Assembly: GCA_976226885.1 (NCBI GenBank)
Contig: OZ320313.1
Location: 13,888,001-13,952,000 of the forward strand
Source: Iphione sp. A-MEVVRFRX5
Lineage: Eukaryota
DNA length: 64,000 nucleotides
Reading direction: 5' to 3'
Part shown: in pieces, positions 14,400-27,455 of the stretch
How positions within the stretch are numbered: the first letter of the stretch is position 1
Layout of the letters: each line of letters begins with the position of its first letter
Program-made: the position numbers and the translations under genes
The notes under the pieces: model-generated
The model's database searches: none
Told to the model about the DNA's origin: nothing
The model's input: only the letters and a program-made list of their open reading frames with translations

Positions 14400-14760
14400 G
14401 TGAGGAGATAATGTTAAACGGTCTGGACCGTTAATTTGCTCACTCCTTGACCCCCGGCCTCGACCACAGCAATTCATCTGGGCCTGTGTGCGGTTACTTC
14501 CCTGCAGTCTGTGGTCAGGAACACACACACACACACACACATGCACACACACACATCCCACCGCGCGCCAGCGCCGCTACGTGGAAGTTGTGCGGTTGGG
14601 CCGCGGAGAGCGTAATTAACGGAAACGTCCACATAGGTTCCAGGCACCGCCGGTGGCGGCGCTGAGAGCGGAGGCCGCTATCAGGGAGTAATGGCGCCGC
14701 CAAAGAAATGACCACTTGTCGGTTGGCCCGCACCGTCCTGGCCACTAATGTCATCAGGCT
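14400..14760. promoter_or_regulatory. CpG-rich candidate cis-regulatory element
   Basis: high GC/CpG against the local background; TAATTA site (gcgtaattaacg), GGCGCC Smad-type box (atggcgccgcc); bracketed by (CA)n and (TGTC)n. Confidence 0.4.
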
Positions 14761-14834
14761 GCTTCTTTGTCTGTCTGTCTGTCAGTCTGTCCCTCTGTCT
14801 GTCTGTCGTTCGCTCTGTGTCCCTATAAATATAA

Positions 14835-15176
14835 GGCTAAACAAATAATAGTTCTGCTTCTCTTAACGACCAGCCGTAAAGAATCTAGACAGGAAGGGGG
14901 TATCTTTTTTTAATCTTCTTTCTACTTTCTTCCTCTGGTTTTCAATATTAAGAAAGATAATATGAAGAATTTTGACCAATTTTCTGGGTTTTTTTTACTG
15001 AATTTCCATGAATTTGGTTGTTTTTCTACTGAATTTACCAAAACAACATATGCTGTGAAAACACGTATCTAAGAAAATTCAGCCTTGGAAACTCTTTGAG
15101 GCCAAAAAATATTTAGGTAGGGTGAGGTTTTACTAGGTAGGGGTGGGTGACCAGAAACACACCTATTCTTTTGGCC
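14835..15176 (+). mobile_element. PIF/Harbinger-type MITE, family A copy 1
   Basis: TAA|ggc ... gcc|TAA target duplication; interior is clearly homologous to 45920-46272 (e.g. ctaagaaaa.tca.ccttggaaactctttg, taggtagggtgaggttttactaggtagg). Confidence 0.85.
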
Positions 15177-18100
15177 TAATCGGAACTTTGGGACCTACAG
15201 ATTAGAAGCAGCTCTAGTGACGCCTCAGTCTCCCGGATGTCTGCGGGCTTCTCGTCACCAGGCACTTTTGGAAAGCAGATGATATGGGAGGCCAATTAAT
15301 ACGTTTTTCATCTCTATCTCTGCCGTCTTCCTCTTCCTCTCGGTGTGTTGCTAATCTGAAGGTCATCGTCTCACGCGTGCGTATCGACTTGAACGTATTC
15401 GCTTCTCGAAATAGTACTAGTGATGCCGTTACTGTTATTAATAGCCGTTTTCATCCATTGCACCATCTAGTAAGAACATAAAGGTCAGAACCACGGCCAA
15501 AAGAAACAACCTGATGATCATCAAGACGTAAAACCAGCAGGATGCTGTAACAAAGTCACTCCTTTTTCAACCCAAAACTTCAAAATAACCAAGTTCAATT
15601 TCGGCTTCATTACATCAATCAGCTTTTTTTTGTTAAAGTCAGAACTCGAACTTTTGAACCTTTTGAACCTGTGTTCTGTCATCCACGCAGGTGTTGCTTG
15701 TGTTGTAATGTAATGACATTATTGCAAAACAAAACCAATACATGTATGATATTATTACATGTACTTCTTAGATGAACAACGAAAATAAGTAAATGCAGTA
15801 GAACAAGAATAAATAATAAATAAAGGGAGAATACAGGTATAGAGGCTTAGATTCAAATTAATTGAAGAAAAGGTACATTTATATAGCATATGAGCCATTT
15901 TAGATTATAAGGACGTTTTTTTCTCTATATTAACACACTATAGCATACGAGTACAAGTCTCGCAAAATCACACGAGATTTTCGCCATTATCCCTTCCGAA
16001 CCTACCTTTCGGCAACGTTTTATACGTAGTGTAATCAAGGTACCCGTCTATATACACTAGCTCCCCTAGCGAGGAGAGGAGGGCTATTGCACATTTAATA
16101 AAGGGACAACTGCCCCTTTAAATCCCATCTTTAAAATTCTCATTTCTTGGATAGACTTTAAACACTGTTGCCATGTACCTATAGGGACTTGCTGCCCAGG
16201 GGTAAACCTTATAACAACGGCTGAGATGAGGTTGATTACTATATCCCCATATAAGGTATATCATTTTATATATAGAGGCATATTCATTGAATAGAAGGAG
16301 ACATAGAGTGTCGACCCAGTTTCAAAGAAATAGGCTCATTAGGCACAGGGTAGACTATATTGTGGCCATCTCATATTTTTCCGAGAACACATTACACAAA
16401 CAAAATAAAGGGCTCTAATTGCCTTCATCGACATACGGCGACGTTTATATCACCTGTCAAAATTCGTTGAAGTATCCATATCAGAACTTTGGTGATAAAG
16501 AAGGTAAAAGAGTTTTCTTTACATTTCCAAGGGTCCCTACTCCCCGCGTTAATTGGGCAATAACGGTGATTGGCGCTTCAACATACAATCAGCACCAGAT
16601 GAGAAGATTATTGCTACATTGTCCTTCTTTGTTAGGCTTAATTAACCTCGAATTGCTAAACCATATTGGCATCCTTCATTGTATGAGGATAGAACACGAG
16701 GGCCATCTTCTCTGAAAACGTCCACCGGACAGGTCGCCCCCCCCCACCCCCAATGTTAAATTAGAAATAATTAACGAAAAGAAGTTGGCCGATCTGAGCA
16801 TGGATTAATCTCAATCATAAGGCTGTCTGATGGGATCAGGTATTCTCCCCTCCAGTCAGGCTCCCTTTCCACCTGGAGGCCTTCCTCCGGGGCGTCATTA
16901 AGAAAAGAATGAAAACCTCATTAGAAGAGCCGCCCCCCGCGCTCGCCCGGCAAGTCAGGGGCCAGCATTGCCCACTCAGCTCTGGCACAAAGTAAAACAA
17001 TGGCCATTTTTAGGCGCTGCTGATGTCCTAGTCATGACATTGTAATGACATGTGAGAATCTTATTAGCTTTTCCCCCCTCAAGGATACCCTTCGTCAGAC
17101 AAGTTCCTTAAGCAGATGAGTTTTTCTTGTCTTTTTTTTTTTTTTTTGGGGGGGGGGAAGGACTTACATCGTGGAGAGACATGGATGTTGCCAACGCAAG
17201 CAAATTGTGGAGTTAATGAATCAAATACTGGCGGTAAGTCTGAAAAGAGTACAGGTAATGTTTCATTTTTTTATCCTAACATCAAGATGGAGTATTTAGA
17301 GGGTGTTTTTCTTTATTTAGATACGATTTTTACCTTGAACACAACGATTGGTTTTGGCACTCATCCTGCCCTCGGGCAGCCACAGGAACCAGCATAACAA
17401 CTGCCCGATCAGCTCGACTTGGACAAGCGTTGGGAAACCGATCCAACGCTGAAGTGTCAGACACCCAGAAGATTCTTGCCCTTTACCATAAGACAGCTAG
17501 AATAGATGGATAAGTCGTGAATGCCAAAGGAGATTAAATAATTGTTCATTTGTGACTTACCTGATGGGAAACTCGGCAAAGAGGCGGACTCAGAAAAATA
17601 GTCATTTTGTAAAAATGACGTGCAGTTTGAAGTACCTTTGATCCACAGAAAAAAGGTAACCACCTCCCTGTAACGAAGTTGCAGACACACCATACCAAGT
17701 GAATTCTTGCTCAGCTTTGGTTTATTACAAAAAGAAGTACTGAGTAGATCACAGGAGGACGACTCCATAATTATAGAGCATGTGAACACTTTGCTCATAT
17801 ACACATCACCATTAAGAACAATTGTTTAGATCTGACACTACAGGTAAACATGATGCTAGGAATTCATATACCAAATAATACAGCAAACATCTAAGGCACA
17901 ATGAGGCTATCTTCACAGTTGCCATGGCATAATTTCTCTTCTGGTAATATAAAAGATATGAAAATGTTTTATATTTTCTGTATATTCTCATAATATTACT
18001 CTTCAGCCTTCCTTAAAAAACTTATCATTGTACATTTGGCATTTGACAGAGGGATATTTTCTCGTTGTGTTAACTCCTTATTTAGAAAAAATCGAAATAA

Positions 18101-20779
18101 ACTAATGATGCCCTTGTTTGGGAGAATCTGCTGTAATTTTGTATGTTTTCACACATGACAACACCTCGATGTGGGTATCAGGCGAGCGCTAGGCCATAGG
18201 CAGGGTGGTCTTTTTTGCTTGTACATCGGTTAAAATTGGTAATTTTCGCCGTTGCCTGGGGGTCGTTCCGGGCAGAGGGGTTGGTTGGATTGGGTGGGCG
18301 GGGGTTCCCTGCGTGATGAAGCAATGGTGATGATGAAACCTCCCCCCCCCCCTCCCTGCAGGCTGGCACTGTCACCAGGCGAAGTAACATGGAAGACTTC
18401 CTTTTGGCGCTCCTTAAGATGAGGTGAGTTCAGGGACAAGCAAGAAGGACGAGATCTATTAAAGATAACAACCTTGAACGCATAGAAAACAAAACCAGCG
18501 CGGCCGAAGCGCAGAGTAGGCACCGTAATTGAATTTGCATACTCGCTACAAAATGGCAGAGAGCCAGCCAAATTAGCATGTAGTTATTCCTCTTGAAGAC
18601 AGGGTATCACGGCACATAAACGTATACATGTACGTCCTCCCTCAAGTGGAATGTTAATAAAAAAAATGCCTGATTTAATCTCCTTCAATCATTACTATTC
18701 AGGACGGTTGTCACTCGAATTAAAAAAAACGTCCGAAGTAGAACTCATAGACATTCACACCATGTCAGGGAATCATTTATCGTTGCGGACGACTTAATTT
18801 TAGACGTTAGCGGCATCATTAGCTATCTTTCACTATTTCTCATCTTCAATGAAACTGAACTTCACGACACAGTAATGCATATTACATACATGGGTATAAA
18901 TTCCACGGTCCCATCTGAAGCAGGGTATTCAGCAAGTCTGTGTGATTCTTTAGTGGGAACATGACATACCATGTACCATCACCACTCCACATTCCCCACC
19001 CCACAATTTACCATGCCATACTTTGTATCCTCTACATTATCCCTTTTAATCTACCATGTACCCTCAGCATGCTATAAACTTCATTCCATATCCTCACCAA
19101 TCCACACGATCAACACTCCACTCCGAACCCTAATCATGTCATATTCCCCATTTGGTACCTTAACTTAGCCTAACCCTCACCACTCCATAACTTTATTACA
19201 TCACTGCCCATACTTCATTACATAACCCTCATCATCACCTCCACTCCATACCCTGAGCACTGTGTTAACACCAGCGTAACTTTTACTATAATATAGGCTT
19301 AATTTCCATGTCCCCCTGCGTGCATTTTTCATGCCAGTCTGTTGAATAGTGTTTAGGGTAAAGTTCAGACAGATATATACATATCTATGTAATCGCATTT
19401 TCCCGTCTGTGAAAACTTGAGTTGAAATTGAACCAAATCTGTGGCAATGTTTGTTTCCTGGAGAAATGTGTTGAAAGTGAGGCATATGTGAGGAAATTGT
19501 GCATTTTTGCGGGGACAATTTTTGGGGATTGAAGCATATTTGTGGTGATGGTGCCGTTTGTATGGTAATGAGGTGTAAATTAGGTACACCTTTAACATGT
19601 GTCCCTGGCCTGGGCCTAAGCCTGGGCGCTGTTTCATGTATTCCCATGCTAATATACCCTTACCATATTATTACCTGCAAAGGAAGGACCGAAGGGTATA
19701 TAGGATTCCGTCAACTATGGACAAAAAGACCCCAGAAGCCTGGTTGAAATAGGAGTCAGTTCTCACAATTTCCAACGAAGAATGGTAGTATGCTACCACA
19801 GCAGGATATGGAAGAACAATTAAAAAGCTCAATAGTTCCTGGTTAAAGATACAATGAAAACGAAAATGAAATGTCCTACATCATATGTTGCCAATGTATG
19901 TTCGGTTCTGGATGCCCTGGACAGATTTCATGGGAGTAGGACTTATATAATTGAGTACTCGTTGCATTAGCTAAGAATAGTCTTATCACCTTAGTGATGC
20001 CACTGTACTAAAATAGTCATTTATGGTAATGCTAAGGTAAGGCAAGCCTATCAGCGAGAAAAATTATGTTCTAGTCGGGAAGAGCTAATAACTTTATTTG
20101 TGTGAACGTTATGCGAGTTTTTTGTATTGTCTCTTTTCTCATTCATAAATCAAGGTCCAATTGAAACCGTATTTTTTCTATAAGATATTGGGACTCAATG
20201 CACGTCACATTATTCAATCAATCTCGACAGGGAGATACGGTGGATGGATGTAGAAAACAACACTTCGGTAGAAACCCTAGCGATTCAGTATGCTGGAGAG
20301 AGAAAGAAAGAGACACACAGACAGGGAGGAGGAAGAGAAGGAGAGAACAAGAAAGGAAGCATGGACAGGAGAGGCAATAGAGAGTAAGAGTCGGACAGAC
20401 TGCAACAGAGAGAAACGGAGAGGGGAGAGGGACCTTTTACTCCCCAAAGATTCCGCCTGCTTTTAAAAAAAACCACTTCCCCTACCCCAGCGCCAGACCA
20501 GTTACAGGCCTGGAGTCCGTCGTGGTGGAATAATGATGATGAACGTAATGTTTTTTTTTCACCAAACCACCACATAAGCGTTGCCCAGACAACTGGGTCC
20601 GGGGTAAGATAAATACGTCTGGAGTGAAAAACCATAACCTGATCAAGTTTTTCTTTAACTGTTTGGCCTAGAGTCCTGAAATAATACATCAGATAGCCAG
20701 GCACGCTCTGATCAAGGGAAGGTTAAGTCCTATATGTAACCACCTGTTTATATTCCTTCCTCTCCTTAAACACGTTGCG

Positions 20780-20900
20780 GAGGTGGCCAATGAGCGAGCT
20801 CGTTGCTGCTCCGGATGGGCTGGCATTTCGCCTTCCTACATTCAGTGTCGTAAAGTGTGGCTTTATCACTGTCGTAAAAGGTGGGCGCGGGGACAGGGTA
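20780..20900. promoter_or_regulatory. candidate promoter/enhancer: CCAAT box, two TGTCGTAAA sites, GC box
   Basis: ggccaatgag at ~20785; gtcgtaaa at 20847 and 20871; gtgggcgcgggg at 20881. Confidence 0.35.
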
Positions 20901-22697
20901 CCAGGATAGGTTGTAGAGGACCGGGCTGCGTTCAGTGCTACGTACGTCGGTGCTTCCAGCACCCCCCTTTTACATTGTGGTGTACCATGATGGAGAGGTT
21001 ATTTCAGGATTTGAAGGTCACACTCTATCACCGCTAGAGATCGTGTTCGGATACAGTTCCATCGTTTGTATCGATTCCCAACACAGGCATGCCTTTGTTT
21101 AATACAATAAACTTTCAATCTTTCCACCTAGAGTCATGATGCAATCGATTATATGCAAGACTGAATTACAGCAAATTAAATAGATCACATTTTACATCTG
21201 TTTCTCACACCCAGTTGGCTCACTATTTCCGAACAGGGTCCATTTCCAATAAAGGTGTTTGGTAATGAAGATCGTTCAGCCATGGACAATTTTTTGTTCG
21301 TTGACCCAGCACTAAGCCTTTGATATTTCAGTAATGTTCTCTGGGTGGGGACACCCTTCAACCATTCTCTCTGATGTCCTCAGGCCCTAATCCAAAGCTG
21401 AACCTTTGTTATTTCAGTAATTTTCATGTTGTACACTACCAGTTACTAGCCTATGGAGTATCAAATGAGTTTCATTTAGTACAATATCAAATATTCCCAT
21501 TGGAAATGGAAGCATACAGAAATAGAGTATTAAATGATAATATAAAGGCTGCTCGCAGCTCAGATCATTCAGATACGAAGATCATTTGGGTATTGGAGTG
21601 TGCAGAAAGAGCAGGCCGACCGTACCTATCATATTGAGAATAAGTCGTTGAATGAGTCATAGAGATTAATTCGATAACAAATGAAGCCCCCAAGCGAAAG
21701 ATATGATTAAAGATTGTTCCTCTAAAGATAAATAATTTACATGACCTTTTCACAAATGGATTCACGTGAAAGTAAAATTTGTACATAGATACTTACATAC
21801 TTGTATCATCACTACCTCACGCTACCTCCTACATTATGCAAGGCTAATAACGGGTTCTAGTAGTCAGTAATCATAAGCTGTAAGATTTGTCACGCATGGT
21901 TATGTAGGTAATCCACTTTCTTCATGAATATGGAGAACATCATCATGTGCTGGCTGTCGGTCAGTTTGAGTGAGTCTTTCAAGCCAGTGTTTGCTTTATA
22001 GTCTGTGGATATCACTGTATCAATGTAACGAGGAGTCCATGAGCTTCCTATTTATAAATCAGTACATGTATATGAGACTTGTACAAGTCGTCAGTATTTG
22101 ACTAATTATATTTAGACCATTTTACATATAGGAAGCAGTCTGCAAGGTATTGTACTTCTCAACTGATTAAAGGAACTACAGAGTTCATTGCAGAGAGTTA
22201 ATCATACTAATTTAATTTGAGTATGTGGATGTCACTTTAAAGTACAGAGATGTGTGATCCCAGTAAACATACCTATATTGGTCCAATACCAATTTTGTAT
22301 ACTTAGGTACTGGTAGTAATGGCAGATAAAAGCCATTACCCAGCCAATAGTAGCCAATACCTTGTGTGTTTTGTATGATCTAAATGATGTAATGGCCCAG
22401 TATTGGTCCAGTATTGGCTACTGTTCAAATTTCAGATATTTTCATTTTGGAGTGTTCGGTTTGGGAGTATTGTTTGTATATGTTTGGTAGATCGGCGTTT
22501 TGTTTTCATTTTTCATGGAGAGCCTGGAAACCAAAAGTGTGTGTTTCTCAGCCCACATATACCACTGCCTCTGCTTGCATCTTGATGATACTTATAGCAT
22601 ATGAAAGATGAGCACTTAAGGATGAAAGTATTTTATGCATTATTCAGTCCTAAGTTAATGGCAAAACAGTTCTTTTAAAAAAAATGTTCCAATTTCT

Positions 22698-23044
22698 CCA
22701 ACATTAGGATCAGTCGGGTTACAGTGAACGTATTTATATATATTTTCACTGAGTATACGAATATCATTCTCCATATAAGACATAGTATACATATGTAGGT
22801 TTCGTATCTCTCAACCTGTCTCTATAGATCCTATTGGCGCTACAAGCACTGTTGTTGCTTGCACTGGGCATGCGAAAGTTGCCCCAACATTAGGGTCCGT
22901 CAGGCTACAGTGGACATAGGTATTTTTTAACTTAATGTAAGAATGTCACTCTCTGTATAAGAAGTAGTACATAGGATTTGTATCTATCCGCCTATCTCTT
23001 GATCCTATTGGTACTACAGGCATCGTGGTTGCTTGCACTGGGCA
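22698..23044. repeat. tandem duplication, 186-bp unit x~2
   Basis: ccaacattagg.tc.gtc.gg.tacagtg.ac at 22698 and 22884; both copies end in gatcctattgg..ctaca.gca..gt.gttgcttgcactgggca. Confidence 0.85.
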
Positions 23045-23422
23045 GTTTGAATACATGGGACAAATCGACTATCCTAGCTGATTTATCACGCAGTCACGTA
23101 TGTAGTGGCATACATTCACGTGATTTTTTGCAAGAAAATGTGCCATTTTGTACTGGACTACTATTGGGCCAAGATTTTAATTTGAAGTGTAATCTAGTCC
23201 TGCCTATAGGCTCGTCTTACTCAAGAGGAAAACAATTCTTAATTTGATACCACCGGCTGAAGTAACAGTGTAGATCATATTCCATCCCTACATTGTTTAC
23301 GAGCTTATTTGACCACAATAATGAGTGACCGTATTACTGAAGGGTACTGATTTCTAGTTTCAAAGGAAATCCCATATTCAAGCTACTCAAAGGCATAGGA
23401 TAACTGTATAGGCAGGGGGACG

Positions 23423-24320
23423 CCAGGAGTGGCAGGAGACTGACAGGAGTGGTAGGAGAATGACAGGAGTGGTAGGAGAATGACAGGAGTAGTACGAGAT
23501 TAACAGGAGTGGTAGGGGAATCATTGGGGTAGCAGTAGAATGACAAGAGTGACACGGAATGACAAGAGACATAGGAAAATGATAGAAGTAGTAAGAGAAT
23601 AACTTTGATGGCAGGAGAATGACAAGAGTAGGAGGAGAATGACGGCAGTGGTAGAAGAATTACAGGAGTGGTAGAAGAATTGTAGGAGTGGCAGAAGATT
23701 GACAAGAGTGGTAGGCGAATGACCATGGTGTAATGTGTCCTAGTTTAGCGGAACACAGGAAGTAACCAGATTTGAACAAATGGCAAAAATAAAGAATCTT
23801 ATTCACTCCAAATACACTAAAAATAGTTGTGGAATGACAGAAGTAAAAGGGAGGGTGGGAAGAAAATGATAAGCATGTTTGGGGAATGGCAGGAGTGGTA
23901 AGAGAACAACATGAGCGGTTGGAGAATTGCAGGAGTGGGGAAGACAGACTAGAATGGGCGGATAATGACTGGAGTGGTAGGAGAACTACAACAATGATAG
24001 GAGAACAACAGGGGTGATAGGAGAATGGAAGGAGTGAATAGAGAATGGCAGGAGTGGAAGGAGAATGGCAGGAGTGGAGGGAGAATAGCAGAAGTTAAGG
24101 GAGAATGGCAGGAGCAGCAGGAGAATGAACAGGAATAGTAGGAGGATGGCGGGAGTGACAGGAGAACACCAGGAGTGGTAGGGGAAATACAGGAGTAGGA
24201 AAAGACAGACCAGAGTAGGAGGAGCATGACTGCAGTGGTAGGGGAACAATAGGAGTGGTAGAAGAACAACAGGAGTAGCAGGAGAATGAACAGGAATGGT
24301 AGGAGGATGACTAGGGTGGA
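23423..24320. repeat. 20-bp purine-rich minisatellite (GACAGGAGTGGTAGGAGAAT)n in two blocks
   Basis: degenerate 20-bp units at ~23423-23723 and ~23831-24320; explains the Pro/Leu/Ser-rich minus-strand ORFs. Confidence 0.9.
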
Positions 24321-25104
24321 GGCAACTCGGAGCTACTCTGGGTTAAAGGCCAAAGTAACCTACATATATCCCCAACTCGGGTCGGAATGGTGGGAAAGCG
24401 AGAGGAGGTGTGAGGACAGGTCTGAAGAAAGTTGTGAGGAAAGGCAAGCAGAGGAAGGGACATCTGCCGGTATCAGGGGAAGGTGCGACAGAAGATGTGA
24501 GGTCCACCGGCTGCGGAAATGAGGTGTAGGAAACATGTAAAGGGAACTAGTGGAAGTTTGACAGAAGATGCTAGGTCCCACACCAGGAGAGACGAGGTGT
24601 ACGGGGCATCTGAGAGAATAGGGACGAGAAATGACAGAAGGTGTGTGATCTGAAGGGTTGACCACAGGGTGAAGTAAATAGCCATGGTCACCTCAAAAGT
24701 GACCTGATTACTGGGGGGTTATCATATAAGATCAGATAGGAATTTACTTTGGTTCCAGAGCCAATTGGCTAGTTTGGCGAGGCGGCTGAATTAATGAGGT
24801 TACCACAGTCAAAAGGGATCACTGTACTAGGTTTTACAGACTCTGAATATTATCCCTGGGATATTTACAGGAAGGCTGTCTTGGATGCTACACACTCTCC
24901 ACTCACCGAAATTTACCTAGCTAATTAATACGAGTTTATGCCTACATCCCAGTCGCGGTCACGTGCCGCATAACCCGGATGTTCAAGACAGACGAGGTTT
25001 TGGTCGTTGTCACCTGGGAGAGCTTTTCGGGGTGTATCTACATCGTAATTATCGACTTTCTAATTAGGTGTTTGTAGTGCGCGTTCCTGCTTCTCTCGAG
25101 GACG

Positions 25105-25165
25105 GGAACACATCAATCATTCAGCAGCCAATAAAAACCATTGACATATAAAACACTAATTACCA
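25105..25165. promoter_or_regulatory. candidate Hox/TALE-type composite enhancer motif cluster
   Basis: catcaatcat (reverse TGATTGAT, Pbx-Hox type) at 25111, ccaataaaa (Cdx/posterior-Hox type) at ~25128, tgaca at 25142, taatta at ~25157. Confidence 0.35.
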
Positions 25166-27300
25166 GCAGTATAAATCCTTGGAGACGTTGTTCTATCCTC
25201 CCCTGTAAAAGCAGCGCCTACCAGACGTTAAAAGTCCTATTGCACGTTGGTCCTTTTTATTATTATTAAATCATAATTTACACTGGTAGTCGTAATACAT
25301 CAAATAGTACATTAAACCAGTGTAGATCAGCACAATCCATCGTTATTTGTTTTTTTTTGCTTTTTTCTATCTAATTGAATGTAAGTAAAAATATATAATG
25401 AAATAATATACGCATATCACGTTCAACACACCAGCCGCATATCTCCATCACATTTCACCGTGAGCATAGCCACGTCTCCAGAACCACTGTCAGACGAAAT
25501 ATGGCAGATTAGAATTTAATAGCGTACACAGATCACCTCTCAGGAAGGTCAGGTTTCATGCACAAAACTCCACAAACTACGGTAGATAATGCTTGATGAG
25601 TTGACTGTTCTTTCTTATCCACATATCTTCAGAATCATCGCCAGGCAAAGTTTTCGAGATCGGAGTGGAATTTGATAGCACACCTAGATCACATCTCGGG
25701 ACGGTTAGTTTTTATAAAAAAAATCTCCACAAACTGCGATAGATTCATGAATTGGCTAGTCTTTCTTATTTCAGTAAGTCTATATAATATATATATATTG
25801 CTAAAGATATTAACCCTTTTCCTTTCAAGTTCATAATTTGTCAGATATGCGTGAAAGAGTTAAGATATTTTTTTTCTTTGCAGAAATCGAATTCTTTATT
25901 ATTAATTTTTCTGAACAGTGGGATCTCTGGTACGTGTCTTGATTAAGGACAAATTAGATATGATGTTAGAGTGTGAAATATATATTTACTGTGCACACAC
26001 AAATTAAATCCAGGGTATTTGGGATTTCTCGTCGACAACTGAGATGTATCAAATACAGCAGAATGTACACAATATAGAGTACAATCTGTAAAGTTTCCAT
26101 GAGGGGCACATTGCTGCCATTAGCTACCTGGTCAGAGTTACTCTGATATTCAGCGTCCTTCCCGTTCCCATTTGGTTGATTACAGGGACATTTCATTAAG
26201 GGCAGAAGTTTCTTGCAAGAAGGTGCAAATGGTATTGGCAAAATGTGATGTGGACGGGAGACGGTTATTCAAGGCTGAAGATAATCCTTAGTCGATAGCT
26301 TCATAGCAGGCAAATTTAATTACCAGACTCTTATTTCAAGGGCAGACAAACAACTTGAATTAAAGAAAGAAGTCTCACGTAACTCCGACATATTTCATTG
26401 CACCAACCTGTCCCAAACGTCTTCGGTTTGGTTATTTATCACTTGATACCTTCTCAATAGAAACTCACAAAAACAGCATAGTTCTGGCAAATTTTGAATG
26501 TAGAGCAAGATGTGGACTTTTACAAAGAAAATCTAAGCAAAACATAAGTATCTTTCCCTACATGTAGAGGAGGTAGTTCTTAGAACGAGTCCGCCTTAGA
26601 GAGGAAGTTTTCGACTACACGCGTGAGAACTATTGTAAGTAGTACATGCAAAGAGGCGTTATCCTCAGGCAGCCTGTTGGGGGGCCGATGGCGCCTGGAG
26701 AGCCCCATCTCCTTGTGAGATTCTCCCATTGACAGAAGAAAAACTACATATGCTCCAAATGTTGACCTGAGTTGAATGGAGAGGGATATTGAGTTGGGAA
26801 GGCGGGCTGCCTGTTTGTGCCCGTGAGGCAGATAGAGGACCGAAATCCTTCCCTGTGGTGGTCTCCGTTCCCTCATAGTGCTTCAGTGAAGACCCACCCC
26901 AGCATGGTTTCGTGAATAGATAGTCCATGTTCGTCTCGGCAGTTAATGAAAATGGTTGATGGCTGCGAGGCGTGGGCAGGTTTCTCTCTCCTTCATGCTA
27001 GTGTGAAAACGATATCTTTCCCTCATTTACAAGTCGCGCCCGGGATAATCCTCGGAAGTAATAGGAGCTATTGGAAAAAAAATGTTTTTCTCTCTCGGTC
27101 AGGCATCTAGTAAACTTCTCCGTATAGGAAGGAGAGTTTCAAATAACTTTAACAAGAAAAGAAGCTGACTAAGCGTCTTAGTGATAGACTGATTAACGTC
27201 GCGTGAAAGTTGTTGGCCGTGTGGCGAGTACCCACAATTGAAGTGAAAGTACAAAGCCATAGACATGCAATTAAGGCGTGTGTACGTGTGCATGTGTATG

Positions 27301-27455
27301 NNNNNNNNNNNNNNNNNNNNNNNNNNNNNNNNNNNNNNNNNNNNNNNNNNNNNNNNNNNNNNNNNNNNNNNNNNNNNNNNNNNNNNNNNNNNNNNNNNNN
27401 NNNNNNNNNNNNNNNNNNNNNNNNNNNNNNNNNNNNNNNNNNNNNNNNNNNNNNN
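27301..27455. other. assembly gap (N run)
   Basis: 155 consecutive N; four ORF-track entries read through it. Confidence 0.99.

Noticed and set aside
24745-24770. tggttccag (WFQ) suggesting a homeobox helix 3
   Set aside because: Reads WFQSQ, not WFQNR, and no other homeodomain residues are present in frame.
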